Positions 25,962-39,853 of a stretch of DNA of 64,000 nt are shown piece by piece. The stretch comes from Octopus bimaculoides (Eukaryota): contig NC_068983.1 in assembly GCF_001194135.2 (NCBI RefSeq), positions 37,447,098 through 37,511,097 of the forward strand, read 5' to 3'. Within the stretch, counting starts at the first letter, position 1; each line of letters opens with the position of its first letter. The notes below the pieces were generated by a model that was not told the DNA's origin, ran no database searches, and was given only the letters and a program-made list of their open reading frames with translations. Both the position numbers and the translations under genes were made by a program.

Positions 25962-26335
25962 TCTTACTCTTTTTTTACTCTTTTACTTGTTTCAGTCATT
26001 TGACTGTGGCCATGCTGGAGCACCGCCTTTAGTCAAGCAAATTGACACCGGGATTTATTCTTTGGATGCCTAGTACTTATTCTATCGGGATCTTTTGCCG
26101 AACTGTTAAGTTACAGGGACGTAAACACACCAGCATCAGACATACATATATATATATATAAACATATATACAACAGGCTTCTTTCATTTTCCGTCTACCA
26201 AATCCACTTACAAGGCTTTGGTCGGCCCGAGGCTATAGTAGAAGACACTTGCCCAAGATTCCATACCGTGAGACTGAACCCAGAACCATGTGGTTGGTAA
26301 ACAAGCTACTTACCACACAGCCACTCCTGTGCCTA
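25962..26335 (-). mobile_element. Full-length tRNA-headed SINE with CORE-like segment
   Basis: Minus strand GGCACAGGAGTGGCTGTGTGGTAAG (A box), GGGTTCAGTC (B box), TTGGGCAAGTGTCTTCT (CORE-like), internal (TA)n. Other copies approximately at 7318-7540, 10230-10630, 10905-11080, 11270-11410, 23440-23630, 26605-26940, 37430-37710, 54700-54870, 55965-56075, 57555-57900, 61090-61545, 62365-62520, 63600-63790. Confidence 0.85.
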
Positions 26336-27693
26336 TAAATAAAACTTGAATGATTAGATTTTACTATTGCTGATTCCTTTACTATTGCCGATTCCTTTAA
26401 TAATTTATTAATTCATTATTGATTGGTTTTGCAGTAATGAACTGGTATTTGTCGTTAGTTCTCTAGCCCTTGTGGGTAACCAAGGGAGTAACAACATAAT
26501 TAGTCTTTGTGTGGAAATTTTTGTAAAGAATACACTGGATAGGTTTCCCTTTGCATGCATTCTCTGGGGTCTTCATAAAGGCAGGAACTTATTCTAACAA
26601 ACATTAAGACATGTCTGTATGGTTAAGAAGCACACTTTGCACTCATATGGTTTCAGGTTCAGCCCTGCTGCACAGTACCTGGGGCAAGTGTCTTCTATTA
26701 TAGCCCTGGGTCAAACAATGCCTTCCAAGTGGATATGGTAGATGAAAACTATGTATGTATGTGTGTGTGCTGGTTTGTTTACATCCCTGCAACATAGCGG
26801 TTAGGCAAAAGAGGTCAGTAAAATTAGTAACTAGATTTTAAAAGTAAGTACTAGGGATAGTTTGATCAACTACACCCTTCAAGGTAGTACTCCAGTATGG
26901 CCACAGTTCAACGACTGAAACAAATAGAAGATAAAAGATTAGTTGTTTTTGTTGTTTAGACATAGGTCAGTACTGACTGACCAGACAATCCAGCCATGGC
27001 TGTTGCATCTGTTTTAGCTCTAACTCTAAAGGGTTCTAGACTATATGCTGCATAAAATCTTATAAATAAAATAAAGATATATATAAATTAACTAAATAAA
27101 GTGTCTTTTTAAAAATGATTTGAGAGGGAGATTCGGTTGATATTTCTAAAAGTTGATCAACCACATAGATTCACCATTGCTGGTTGATTAATGATTTCAT
27201 CATTTCTTACAACAATGGTGTGAACTACATTGTTCTATCCTGCATTGTCTATCAGAGTTAGATGAACTCAGCCATTGAGAGTTGTGTGTCCTGGCCATAG
27301 AAATAATGCAGATGTAAAGCATTGACTTCTCAGTTGGTTGTCCAATACATTATAAAATTCTATCGTTTATGTTGCCAATGATGACCTCTGGGACGATTAA
27401 TATTATGTTCTAAACAGAATATTTCTTCTGTCTGTTCTCATGAATGAAGTCTACAAATGTAAGTAAATGTGACTTTGAAGAGCTAACCCTTTCTCTCCAT
27501 TTCTCTCTCTTTCATATTCAACAAAGTAGAAGGATGAAAATGTCTACCTTTATGGAAATGCTTCTTATCAGTTACTATTGGTGCCTTGATTTAGTCTGGA
27601 TACAAATGTGCAACAGGTTCATAAATGTGCAACTTATTTATTTAAAGTTGCATTTTCTAATAGCTGTAATAACTTTTCTTATGCTTCAACCCT

Positions 27694-27865
27694 CTTCTCT
27701 CTCTCTCCCCTACTCCCTCTCTTTACTCACTCTCTCTCTCTCTCCCCTACTCCCTCTCTTTACTCTCTCTCTCTCTCTCCCCTACTCCCTCTCTTTACTC
27801 TCTCTCTCTCTCCCCTACTCCCTCTCTTTACTCTCTTCCTCTCTCTCTCTCTCTCTACTCCCTCT
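27694..27865. repeat. CT-rich minisatellite, about 5 units of CTCTCTCTCCCCTACTCCCTCTCTTTACT
   Basis: Visible tandem array; explains ORFs 27444-27950, 27608-27928 and 27760-28056. Confidence 0.85.
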
Positions 27866-28328
27866 CTCTTTTCTCTTTCTCTTCCTCTACTTCTCTTACA
27901 CCTTTTCTTTGACACATGGAAGATATAGAAATTACAGATGCAAAATGTAAATTCCAGGTATATTAACTGTGGTCTAGTGGTTAGGGTGTTGCACTCACAA
28001 TTGCAAGATTGTGGTTTCAATTCCCAGAGCTTGCAATGCATTATGTTCTTGAGCAAAACACTTCATTTCATATCGTTTCAGTCCACTCAGCTGTAAATGT
28101 GTGACTTAAGAAAATACTTCCAGTAACTATATAACTGCTAGAATTCTTGATCACTGATTGACTTAATGTATCAGGAAAAATGCATTGCATGATGAATATT
28201 TTAAAAAGTTTGCTTTAAATCCATCGTCTTCTGTCACTCCAAGAGAAATCCTCCATATAGTTACTTGACCTGCTAGAGATAACAGCCAAACTACACCCTA
28301 CCACCTTATAAGGCAAACAATATATAAC

Positions 28329-28672
28329 ATATTGTTGTATTTCAGGATGGTCTTTTTTTTTTAACCAAATAAACACACACACTATATATTTTTTTCTTCA
28401 CTTGTTTATTACTGTTCTTATTTTATTATTTCAACTCATGTCCAATCCCTGGAATTCTGTTTAGAACAGAATGGAGTGAGTGGAGCAACAATACACACAA
28501 AAACGAAAAGTGTCACTGAAGAGGTCACAGATGTGTGACGAAAGATTTCCAGACAATGGACATAAAATAAGACCAGTAATAAACGAATGAAGAAAATATA
28601 TATATATATAGTGCATGTGTTTATTTGGCAAAAATAAAAGAAAAAAATGGCCATCCTGAAATATAACAATAT
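28329..28672. mobile_element. Old foldback element/MITE with ~125-bp imperfect inverted arms
   Basis: 28329-28454 is approximately the reverse complement of 28547-28672 (shared TATTTCAGGATGG, CCAAATAAACAC, TTTATTACTG). Confidence 0.7.
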
Positions 28673-29170
28673 CTGTTTCAACACATGATTTCACATCAGG
28701 AATCTTGCAAAACGAATTGTTAAAAGTAATATATAACATAGTTTTGTGTATACTGTATCTAAAAATAGACATAATGGTTTTTGGCTAGCCCCCCCCCCCA
28801 CACCTTGGTGGTGGTGGTGGTGGTGGCGGCACTGGCGGCTTCATCATTGTTGTTGTTGTTGCTGGTAGTGGTGTTGTTTTTTTTTCTTTCTTATATCTCC
28901 TTTTGTACCTACAGTGTTGATAGAATAAATACCAGGCATGTATTATGTTGATTCAGTTGACTGTATACTTCTGAAAGTTAGTGATTGCATTCTAATATAG
29001 GAAACCTTTATCACTATTTATGTTGCAGAAGAGCCATTTCATAATACACAAAGCTGTCAAATTCACTTTGAATTTATATCACAAGGTGCCAGAATTTGTC
29101 TCACAAGTACAACCTGGTCACTGATACAATTTAACTGTCAAAATTAATTTAACAGATTTTGCCTGGTGTA

Positions 29171-29258
29171 GCCATCTGGTTTCACCAGTCCTCAGTCAAA
29201 TCGTCCAACCCATGCTAGCATGGAAAGCGGATGTTAAACAATGATGATGATGATGATG
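29171..29258 (+). mobile_element. Short 5'-truncated RTE tail
   Basis: Matches 2539-2628 with few changes; (GAT)n tail. Confidence 0.75.
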
Positions 29259-30059
29259 CCTAAAACAGCTCTTCCAAGTTGTAAGTACTTCAGCTTTAAT
29301 ACAGGGTCTCACTCTTCTACTCTACAGTAAGACACCCATATCTGTTCCCTCTATACCTTAAATCTCTCTCAAAGCTACACCCCATCAAGTACTACTGTCT
29401 TGCAAGGTAGTTCGTGACCCTGTTGATGTTGGTGCCATGTAAAAAGCACCTAATACATTCTGTAAAGTGGTTGGCATTAGGAAAGGCATCTAGCTGTAGA
29501 AATCGGGCCAAAACAGACCATCGAGCCTGGTGTGGCTCCTGGTCCTACCAGTACCTGTCAAACCATCCAACCCATGCCAGCATGGAAAACAGATGTTAAA
29601 TGATGGTGATGTCTCAGAGCAAGTCATTTGCTTCAATGTACAACTGTGAAATTATTGTTACTTATTTTTCTCTATCTTTTCTCTGATTCCCTTCATTTAA
29701 ATTGGCCAGATTAGTCTTAAATATTCTATCTGTTTTAGATTCAAACTGTCCAGATCTAGCTTCTTACGCCTACTCAACAACAGCATTCTGAAAATGAATA
29801 ACATCATCGAATCTCGAAGCTACAAGATTCAAAACAGTGTGAATAGATAAGCATTATATTTGTCTGAGTAATCTGAATGCTGAAGGGTGGAAGTTGTATT
29901 AAATGCACCAAACTAAGCTAGACATTTCCTACATTTTAGTGTTGAAAGAATTTATAGGTATCAAGTATATAGAGAACTCAGTTCAAACGACAAGATGCTT
30001 AACTTTACAAGTTAAGTTAAGAAACCTTTGCATTGCTTATACTCCAGTATCTGTCTGTC

Positions 30060-30136
<77 letters not shown>

Positions 30137-31695
30137 CATCTAACTTACATTTCTATCAGAATACATCTGGTTAGGTTGGACATTTTTGAGGGAGCATGAT
30201 CTCTCTGTAGCATGCAGTCTTAAGTAAATTTAGCAAAGTCTGATGAGAAAGTTTATCAGTAATGTTCCAGCTATGTGTTATTTATCAAGTAAAAAAGAAA
30301 TAAAAACCAGCTAAATTTTGTCTCTTATCATGCCTGTGAGAACATGTGGCAGTCTGGAATAAGGTTGTAGTTCTAGGGAAATATTTTCATTCATGTTATT
30401 TACATTTAAAGTGTATCATACTAGCTGCACATACATATTGTTGCTATTATGTTAAATTATTGTATGTCCAAATGTGGCCAAATGCATTTTTTCAATATTT
30501 GTCCATTAAAGTGATTGTGAGTGACCTTCCTGATTCAGTTCCATGACATGATAATTAACCCATAGGTAGGACCCTGGCTGGTGCTACTGTTCTGGCCCAG
30601 AGTAGATCTGGGCACAATAGCAGAGTGTGGTTCCACACTCCCTAAAACCCTGGAACTCCTGAAATAGGGCTCCGCTATCACATACAGTTTAAAGTCATAA
30701 CCAGGAGAGACACACATGCTCACTCACTCACTCTCAAGTATAGATGTATTTACACACATACACATATATATACAGTGAAAGACATGTTGACAAATAATGA
30801 TACCTAGTGCCAGTCTTTTCAAGCTTAGCAGATAATTAATTTATTGCACTGTGCTGAATACATCCAAAGAAATGCTTGCCTTACAGTTTATGCATTCATT
30901 CCTTGTAGAATTAATGATGGAATATAATTGTAAAATTCGCAGGAATAACAAACATCTGCTTTGTAATTTGACACTGTATTTTATCTAACACCATGGGACT
31001 TATTTGGAAAAGGTCTTGTCTCCATATCCCTTGTCTACAAAACACAGATGATATATCAAGTTGAGAGATGGTTAAAGAAAATCTACAGCAGTAATATCAA
31101 GAAGTTATAGTTATGTGGAGTTGTTTAAATATTATCTTCTGATCAACATCAAAGTAGACTTTAGCAGCACAGCCATCTGCGATACTCACACAGATGTATT
31201 TATTGCAGATAAGGTAAAGTGCAGCATTTTGGGCACCTTATCTGTTGATGGTTTCTTTTCTTTTCTTTTTTTTTCTTTTTGCTCATTTTAATTAATAAAG
31301 CGTTATAGAAATATGTTTTCATCTTAAGCTTGTTTTCATACAAAAAGGAGTTCTATCATGTGATGAAATTCTTTTGAGATCGAGATATGAATCTACAGAT
31401 GCTTTGGAATTAATTTCATCATCATTTTATCCATTTTCATTTAATGTCCACTTTTCCATGCTTGCATGGATCAGATGAGATTTGTCGAGGTAGATTTTCT
31501 ACCCTTCTGTCATCAACCCTGACTTGTTTCCAAGCAAGGTAATATTTTCCTATGGCCAGACATGTCTTTCACAGAAGACTGGAAATGAGCAGCTTTGCTT
31601 GTATGATGATAATGCTCATTTGCAATCATCATTTCATGTCTAGACAAGAGTATACATCACACACACACACACACACACACACAAATACGTGCATG

Positions 31696-31729
<34 letters not shown>

Positions 31730-34634
31730 TCTGTGTGCACATATATACATATATATCATTATTAATCATGACAATTGTTTCAACACATCTAGCATCAATC
31801 CCTCACAGGTGGGACTCTCAACAACTGGTTCAGGAGCATCCGGTGGTGCAGATGTATCTCATTGAGTGATAGACACAACTCACTAAAATAACAGTTCCAC
31901 AATGTAACTTCTCGTTTTGTAGAAAGAAAAGCAGCCAGACAGAGGAAATATCTTCATTTACATAGAAGATCAAAAATAAAATCACAGATGGAAAAAAGAG
32001 AAATGAACACGCAATACAGCAAGAAAATTATTAAAAATAACCGTTAACAAAAATGGATGTATAAACGCCCTCAAGCAAGCTGCATGGTGCAAGTACACTT
32101 GCTCATACAAGCATCTGCAAAAATGTGAGCATACACACATGTGAGGTTTGATGTACCGGTGATCACAAAGCGAGTTAACTATCTACTTGGTATCTGTAAG
32201 AATGATACATCGAATATATAAAGAGTAGTAGAAGAGTTGAATTTAGAGAGTCATGCAGCTTACACAGTAAACACACCTTTCAGAATCAGCTATCAGTTTA
32301 TGTATGAACTACCATGCAGTGTAATTGAATATGTCCAGGTAACTGCAAAGCCAGGAAATCTTAACAATGAATTTTTCTACAAAGAGCACATAAAGCATAA
32401 TGTTAGGAGGTGTGAGAAGTGAATATAGTTTTATATTTTTATATGACTTCCCTATGATTACAGCTGTCTCGTAACCTTCCGCATGTAGTATTATTAATTC
32501 AAAGGATGCAAAATTATTTGAATGTTTGTATCAATATGTATGCTCAGCATTATACAATACAATTGTATAGTCACAAATTTATGCAATTAAAGAAAGCTAA
32601 CTCATCAGTTCCTTAGAACATAATAGTTACATCTACAATTTAATTTTTTCAAGTTGAATCATAGATGATTCTTAATATGCCTTTATTTGTGAATATACAG
32701 TTGTATTGTATAATGCTGGCCATACATATTGATGCAGATATATGTGTGTAATTTTCCATACCTAAACTAATAATACTACATGAAAGTTATAAAACAGTTG
32801 TAATCATATGAAAAATAAATTTGTATTCACTTTTCACAACTCCTGACACTAAGCTTGTGTGTATGTGTGTGCGCATGTGAGAGAGAGAGAGGGGGGGAAA
32901 CAGACAGACAGACAGTCTTTTAGTTTATGTCTACCAAATCCAAATCCACTTACAAATCCCAATATGCCATACAGGAGGACTAAATGCAAGACCACATGCT
33001 CGGGAAGCAAGTTTCTTAACCACACAGCGACGCTTGAATCTCTATTTATTTTATTCATATAAAAAAAAAACCGAAGCATTTCTAATGATGCTTATTGGTG
33101 CGATTATTAAGCTTAGAGATAGCAAAAATGGTCACCTATGAGCTTTTGCAGTATTTACCTGAGTTGTGAGGGTTACAAGGTGTTATTAAATATATTGTCA
33201 TTGTATTGCTTATCTTGGGTAATGATTTTCAACTATTCTTTATCTTTGGACCCTTTCAATCCTTATTATACTCTGGTAGTCTCTCTTAGCAATTCGATGT
33301 TTAAAAAAACCCGTTTATATTTCTATTTTAAATATTGTTAGGAATAGTATTAAAAAATGTTAAAATATTTGGCGTATTGTAGAAGTATATGCAATTTATT
33401 GCTCATAAAATTTAATAAAAAATCTTATATGGACCCTACCAAGGGCCATATGGACCCCACTTTAGAACTACTGAGCTAGGGAAAGTTAATATGATGAAGG
33501 GTTTCTTCTTTAAATTTATATTCATCTGAGGAATAGAACTTGGGAGCTAAGATTTGAGATGAAAGATTTTCACCACAAACACAACACTGTGACAATGTAA
33601 AAGGTTACAGTCTAATGGCTTTTATCAATAGTTGTGTCTCAATCTGTCAACTCAAATTGGGATTTTCCTTGCAGTATCCTTGTAGTATCAATAATGTGAC
33701 AAAAGTATGGTAGTGCTGCACAGAATTTTAAGAAAGAATACAATTGTTTCTATTTTCAAGTCATTAAATTAATAGTGATGAATATTATTACAAATAGAAA
33801 TTTCAGTTCTGTTTGATTTTAAGTTTAATGACAGTTGTTTTTGATAGAGTGGAGGAGGTATCTGAAGACTCAACCCTCACAACGCTTCAAGGAACAGTAG
33901 GCGATGAAAATGGGTGGATTTTATTTTATTTTTAATTGAAATTTTTAAAACTAATATAACAGATATTTTTGTAAACTAAAATTTTGTGTTGAGTTCTATG
34001 TTTTCTGAAATCTGAAATTCAAAATCTCATGGCAATTCAATTTTTTTTAGTAAAGTTTAAAATTTATTTTTAGTAACGATGAAAATTTTTGGGAAAATTG
34101 AAGTAACATTTTAGTTTTATTTTATTCATATTTGAATATTGATATAATTTTTTCAATTCAGTTTATTTTTTTTTTTCTCATTTCAGGCTTGCAAAAACAT
34201 CCCCATTTGTCATACTGAGATTACCAAACATAAAAAAAACACTAATCAGGGAGTGCAGACTGGAATTTTAATTTTTGGTATTTATCATTATTTTCCTCTT
34301 TTTTTTTATTATTTTGATTAATTTTTAATTTTAAGATGTTCTGACACTTTGTCATATATGACATGACTTTGAAAGAAAGAGAAACATGTAAAAGCTGAAA
34401 AAGCATTTCGCAAAACCAGAAACTTGAAAAATTAACATATGTATGACTCTACATACTTCCAATCTGAAGTTGTATTGAGCACACTTGTGTTGTTGTAACA
34501 CCACATAAACATAGCCGACTTCTCCTACTCTTTGTAGATCATCATCAGCTTAACATCCACTTTTCCATGCTTGCATGTGTCAGATGAAGTTTATTGAGGT
34601 AAATTTTCTACAGCCAGATGCTCTTCCTATTGCC

Positions 34635-34665
<31 letters not shown>

Positions 34666-34817
34666 ATATATATTTATCATCATATGATAAAAGATATAGG
34701 GCATTCTGGCCCAATTTGGTTTCATCTTTAAAAAAAAATCATTACTAGTTAGTAAATCAGTAAATATTTTAAACAACAAAACTATTCATTATATGAAATT
34801 CTTTAACTTATATATTT

Positions 34818-36965
34818 TTGCCATCTTCTCTTTTGCACGCTACATCTGATTTTTCTAATATCCCAGTTTTTCTCTCTGCTCATTTGTTATCTACCATTCA
34901 TGCATGTATTACACATCCAGTGGAGCATACTTACTTTGCTTGGCTCCAACTTTTGTACATCTACATTCAATACCCATGTTTCACTACCATGCTGTAGCAC
35001 ATTTTGCATATAAGTGCCACACAATCTATCTTTCACTTGGAAAGGGAATATAATAACTTTCTGAACTTTTCCTGCCCAGTTCTTAGATTTCAGACCACCA
35101 ACATCCACTGCTAACTAGTTTACTTAAGTGAGTAAAGCTATCAACCATCTTTAAGGTGTCCTCAAAGTGCTCTTATGGCTAACTACTCCTGTATATCTGC
35201 TATATGCAAAGTTTTTCTTCTCTATCACACAGCTTGTGATGCAACTATAATTCTTATGCTTATATGATTTACAGTGGGTACACTGTATTGAATTCCTACC
35301 TCCTCCTTTTCTTCATTTATGCATGGCCACCTCCCAGGTGATATTAGAGTCCTGTCTTCTTTCCTGCTAATGAGAACTTTTGTCTTTGCTAGGTTTACTT
35401 TGAGATCTCTTTTTGCTTTTATAATTGAGATTTCTTCTCTACATCACCAATTGATTCATTTATGAGAACTAGGCTTTCAGTGTAAAAGAGTTCCCACAGA
35501 CATCTGGTCTGAAACCCTTCTTTTAAGATCCTAGAGATTTATAATAAAGAAGTGGAGTGAGAACCAAGCTCTGGTGGACATCTACCCACAAACTAAATTC
35601 ATATGATCAATTCTTACCTTACTGACAGTGTCACTATTTTACATGGTTCACATATCTCTCACATGTTATTTATCTATACACAGTTTTCTTAATGACATAG
35701 ATTCAGAGCAGAGTACCCTGTCATCAGCTATCTCTTGTTTGAAGAAATGTGAAGTATAGTGGCTTACTCTTAGCTAAGACCTTTCTTGTAGTTAAAAGAT
35801 ATTAGTCATACTCTGTTCTGGCACAAAATCAAGCTGCATCTCAGCAAATTAACTTTCTAATTAGTAGTATAATAACTCTGTTGCTTTGATAACTTTGTCT
35901 ATCAGTTTCATATCTCTGTAGTTGCTTCTTTGTTGAGCATCTTTAACTTTCTAGCAGTTCATGAGGATATTGCTTTACTAGTCAGAGTGTGAAACCATCT
36001 TGGACTACCTGATTGATTTTATCAGTGACTAGTGTGTACCCAACTTTGTTTCATCTTTTCAGTATCCCAGTGACTATCCATGATGGTTCAGTTGCTCTCC
36101 TTGTCCTTGTATTCTTAATCATTTTTTCAACTGAATGTCTGTCACCTTTAATACCTAGTCCCGCTTGAGTCTACTTGGAGGCAGACTCTCTCTCTCTCAT
36201 ACTGCTCCAACCAGAAATCTGGTCTGTGGTTCACAACAAGTCTTGTAGAAACTCCCAGTTTCCTATATGGTATAGGCTTATAGCCGCTCTTTCTCCACAT
36301 ACAAAAACTACAATTTCTCTGATCCTAAATTTAGCAAAAGCATCCTTGTGCTGCCATACTTTCCTTCTCTAGATTATGTTGTACCTCTGGGTCCATTTAA
36401 CCCTCCCTCTAAAGTCTCTAGTCACTGGTCTATATTTAGTGATGCATTCACCTGGGAAAACTTGATACTCACACCCATCTGTCTGTCCCATTTCTTGGTG
36501 AGTACAAAATCTATTTGGCATGTGAGTTCATCTGACTGGCTGTGACCGTGTAACCTGGCATGATTAATTGATGCGGTCACCAGCCAAGATAATGAGGTCA
36601 CTCTCATTCCACATTGAGACATTCGGCAACAGAGCCTCATGGTTCTTTGTTTTCATCTGTCTGTCCTAATTATTGTACAGAGATCACTGTTACTGCCCAT
36701 GATTTATTAAGTTTAATTATCCTGTCACATACTTTGACTCCATTAATTACTTCACCTATCCATTTCCAAACCAACCTGTCTACTCCTCCCACCTTCTCAG
36801 AAGATATTGTATCTGTGTTCTTTAACTACAAGGAATCGAATCTGGTTGAGGCTCCCTTCCATCTTATCACTTGTGTGCAGCACACATCTTCTCACCTCCT
36901 CTCCATCATCTCTACAATCTCTTCAGACCTTTCATTATGTCAGCATTGATGGTAGCAGCCCTGAA
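34818..36965 (-). mobile_element. RTE-clade LINE, old heavily decayed copy spanning endonuclease to RT C-terminus
   Basis: Remnants in order on the minus strand: APE N-terminus (ATIN..IMKG..EIVEMMERR..DVCC), QIDFVL, RT core (VHQ..VLTPLLF, WELFY, KVNLAKTKVL, GRWPC), HGSETWVLN; many stops and deletions. Confidence 0.8.
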
Positions 36966-39133
36966 GTTTTGTAACTTACAGGAAGAAAGGGTCTAGTAGA
37001 GAACTCATTGTTGCTTGATGTTCATTTTCTGCATTTGAAAGGAAGAGTCTTTACGCAATCACTTGATGATGCACAAGGCTAAAGTGGACATCCAACAACC
37101 TCATTGCCATACTCAGCACTTACATGGAAATTGATAGTCTTGTAGATGCAGTTAAGGCTTTCCATTGTATTTGTGTCTATTGTGATTGGGGCATAGTTTT
37201 ATTAACTGAATTCCTTTCCTATCACCAGCCTCTTTACATCATGGATTGGGTGCATTTTATTGTACCACCAACACCAGAAAGGTTATTTGCCAGGACTAAA
37301 GAAAAATATCTACACTTTGTTAGTTTTATTTAGTGTTACTAATCTCTTAGCTAAGTTGCCTTTGCTGTGGATTGTGAAGTCCATCTCTCCTTTATTCAGT
37401 GTTACTGCTCACCTAGAATGATTACTTTCACAACCAAAGCTTTGTGAGTGGATTTGGTAGATGGGAACTGAAAGAAGCCCATCGTATGTATGTATGTGCA
37501 TCTTTGTGTCTTTGTTTGTCCCCCACTACCACTTGGTAACTGGTGTTGGTATGTTTACAGCCCCCTAAACTTAGCAGTTTGGCAAAAGAAACTGATAGAA
37601 TAAGTATTAGGCTTAACAAACAAGTACCGGGGTTGCTTCATTTAACTAAAATTTCTTCAAAAGTTATGCCCCAGCATGGCCACAGTCTAATGACTGAAAC
37701 AAGTAAAAAGATAAACAGATAAAAAAAGACATGTTTCTGTTTGTGAGCTGGTTAAGCATTTAATCAATTAACTGATCGATTTTTTGATCAATCATTTAGT
37801 CAATCAATCAACCGATCAGCTGGGTTTGTCAAAGTCCTTTCATCACTATTTGCAACTACCTCAATGACTTGTCCTCTTTACGCCAGATCTACTTCATGTC
37901 TGTTTGTCTCCAAGTTTACAAGTCTCCTCAGTTTATAATCATTGTCATCAATAATATTTTTTTTTTCCTGCTCGAGCAGTATATGAAACCTGTATTCCAA
38001 TTTCAGCAACATCTCACATTCGTCTTTTCTCTGAAAATCTTCTACTTTGACTGTTACTGCCAATAAAAACTACACTTCTGACAAATTCCTTTGTGAATAT
38101 TATAATTAACTTTTCTTATGATGAAAGAATTTCTCTGGCAATGGAGGTGCCTGAAAATCTTGCAGTTACTGTCAACACAGCCACAGTTAACTATATTACC
38201 AATATCATAACTGGTGCCACAATTATTAGTACTTAGAATATCTTGGTAGTGGAACCGGTCAGTCACCTCAACTAAAACCCCTTGATGAAAGTAAATTGTC
38301 ACATTAATCAGTATTATTATTATTATTATTATTATTTAATAGTTTCAGGCAAATTTATTATTATTGTTGGCAGTCAGCTGGAAGTACTGTTAGCACTCTG
38401 GACAAAATACTTAGCGGTATTTCATCTCTCTTAAAATTCTGAGTTCAGTTACCACTGAGGTTGATTATGTCTTTCATCCTTTCAGGATCAATAAAATAAG
38501 TACCAGTTGAGCATTAGGGACGATGTAATCGACAAGCCCCTACCTCAAAATTACAGGCCCTGTGCCTATTATGTAAAGGATTAGGTTGGCTTTGTCTTTC
38601 ATCCTTTCATTGAGCCCTTGTGTTAAGGTAATCAGTTTAACCCCACTGCCCCTAATTTCTGACCTTGTGCCAAAATTTGAAATCATTATTGTTGTTGTTG
38701 TTCAGGCACATGGCTTAGTGGTTAGGGTGTTGCACTCACAATTGCGAGATCATGGTTTTGATTCCCAGACCAGGCGTTGCATTGTGTTCTTGAGCAAAAC
38801 ATCATTTCACGTGGCTCTGCAATCCTTTTTTTCATCTGACATGTGTCACATGGTGCCCCTGTACAGGTAGTGTCAATTTGATGGAGGGAGTGAGCTTATG
38901 TGAACACAAACATTTGATCACTATAAACAAATCATCTCGGTGGTTGTTCAGCAAGGAATTGCAGAACCTTCATGTGTCATCTAACAATGAGAGGAGAGTC
39001 CATGATTATCATCATCATCATCATCATCACCACTACCACAAAGTAGAGAATGGCAGAATTGAGGGGGCATCTTGCAGTATTTAGTCCAGATCTCTCAGGG
39101 GTTGATTTTTGCCTTCTATTCTTCTAATGTTTA

Positions 39134-39519
39134 GTGGAGGCGTAATGGCCCAGTGATTAGGGCAGCAGACTCACGGTCATAGGATCGTGGTTTCGATTCC
39201 CAGACCGGGTGTTGTGAGTGTTTATTGAGCGAAAACACCTAAAGCTCCACGAGGCTCCGGCAGGGGATGGTGGCGACCCCTGCTGTACTCTTTCACCACA
39301 ACTTTCTCTCACTCTTACTTCTTGTTTCTGTTGTGCCTGTAATTCAAAGGGTCAGTCTTGTCACACTGTGTCACGCTAAATACCCCTGAGAACTACGTTG
39401 AGGGTACACATGTCTGTGGAGTGCTCAGCCACTTGCACGTTAATTTCACGAGCAGGCTGTTCCGTTGGTAGGATCAATTGGAACCCTCGATGTCGTAAGC
39501 GACAGAGTGCCAACACATA
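39134..39519 (+). mobile_element. Full-length tRNA-derived SINE with 14-bp TSD
   Basis: A box TGGCCCAGTGATTAG and B box GGTTTCGATTCCC; TSD TCTTCTAATGTTTA at 39120-39133 and 39520-39533; the 3' part is homologous to 17-166. Confidence 0.9.
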
Positions 39520-39717
39520 TCTTCTAATGTTTATACAGTTAGTAACAGTGGAATATTGGTAGTATTTGAATTGTTCATAACCATCACTTTCAGAATTTGT
39601 TGCTTGACACTTGAAATAGAAACCATCCTTATTTTCAGAATGGTGAATGGCTAAATTGATGGTGTGGGGTTTCATCATCGTCGTCGTTTAACGTCCACTT
39701 TCCATGCTAGCATGGGT

Positions 39718-39853
39718 TGGACGATTTGACTGAGGACTGGTGGACCAGGAAGCGACACCAGGCTCCAATCTGATTTGGCAGAGTTTCTACAGCTGAATCA
39801 GATTGGAGCCTGGTGTTGCCTCCTGGGCCACCAGTCCTCAGTCAAATCGTCCA
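39718..39853. repeat. Foldback inversion of an RTE tail (58-bp arms, 55/58 identical, 20-nt spacer)
   Basis: 39718-39775 versus 39796-39853, within a minus-strand RTE tail starting at about 39672. Confidence 0.9.

Noticed and set aside
28473-28538. Apparent terminal exon QNGVSGATIHTKTKSVTEEVTDV* with a PDZ-like C-terminus
   Set aside because: It lies in the spacer of an old inverted-repeat element (28329-28672), has a weak acceptor, and no partner exons were found.
33848-34260. Possible small exons (VEEVSEDSTLTTLQGTVGDENG; strong acceptor at 34186)
   Set aside because: The donor GTGGAT is weak, the frames give no recognisable protein, and there is no consistent exon chain; cannot be supported without RNA data.
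36965-37130. HDV-like ribozyme in the RTE 5' region
   Set aside because: These are known from some RTE elements, but I could not trace the nested pseudoknot pairings in this decayed copy.
39134-39210. tRNA gene
   Set aside because: A and B boxes are present but there is no complete cloverleaf; it is the head of a TSD-flanked SINE. The same applies to the other tRNA-like heads.
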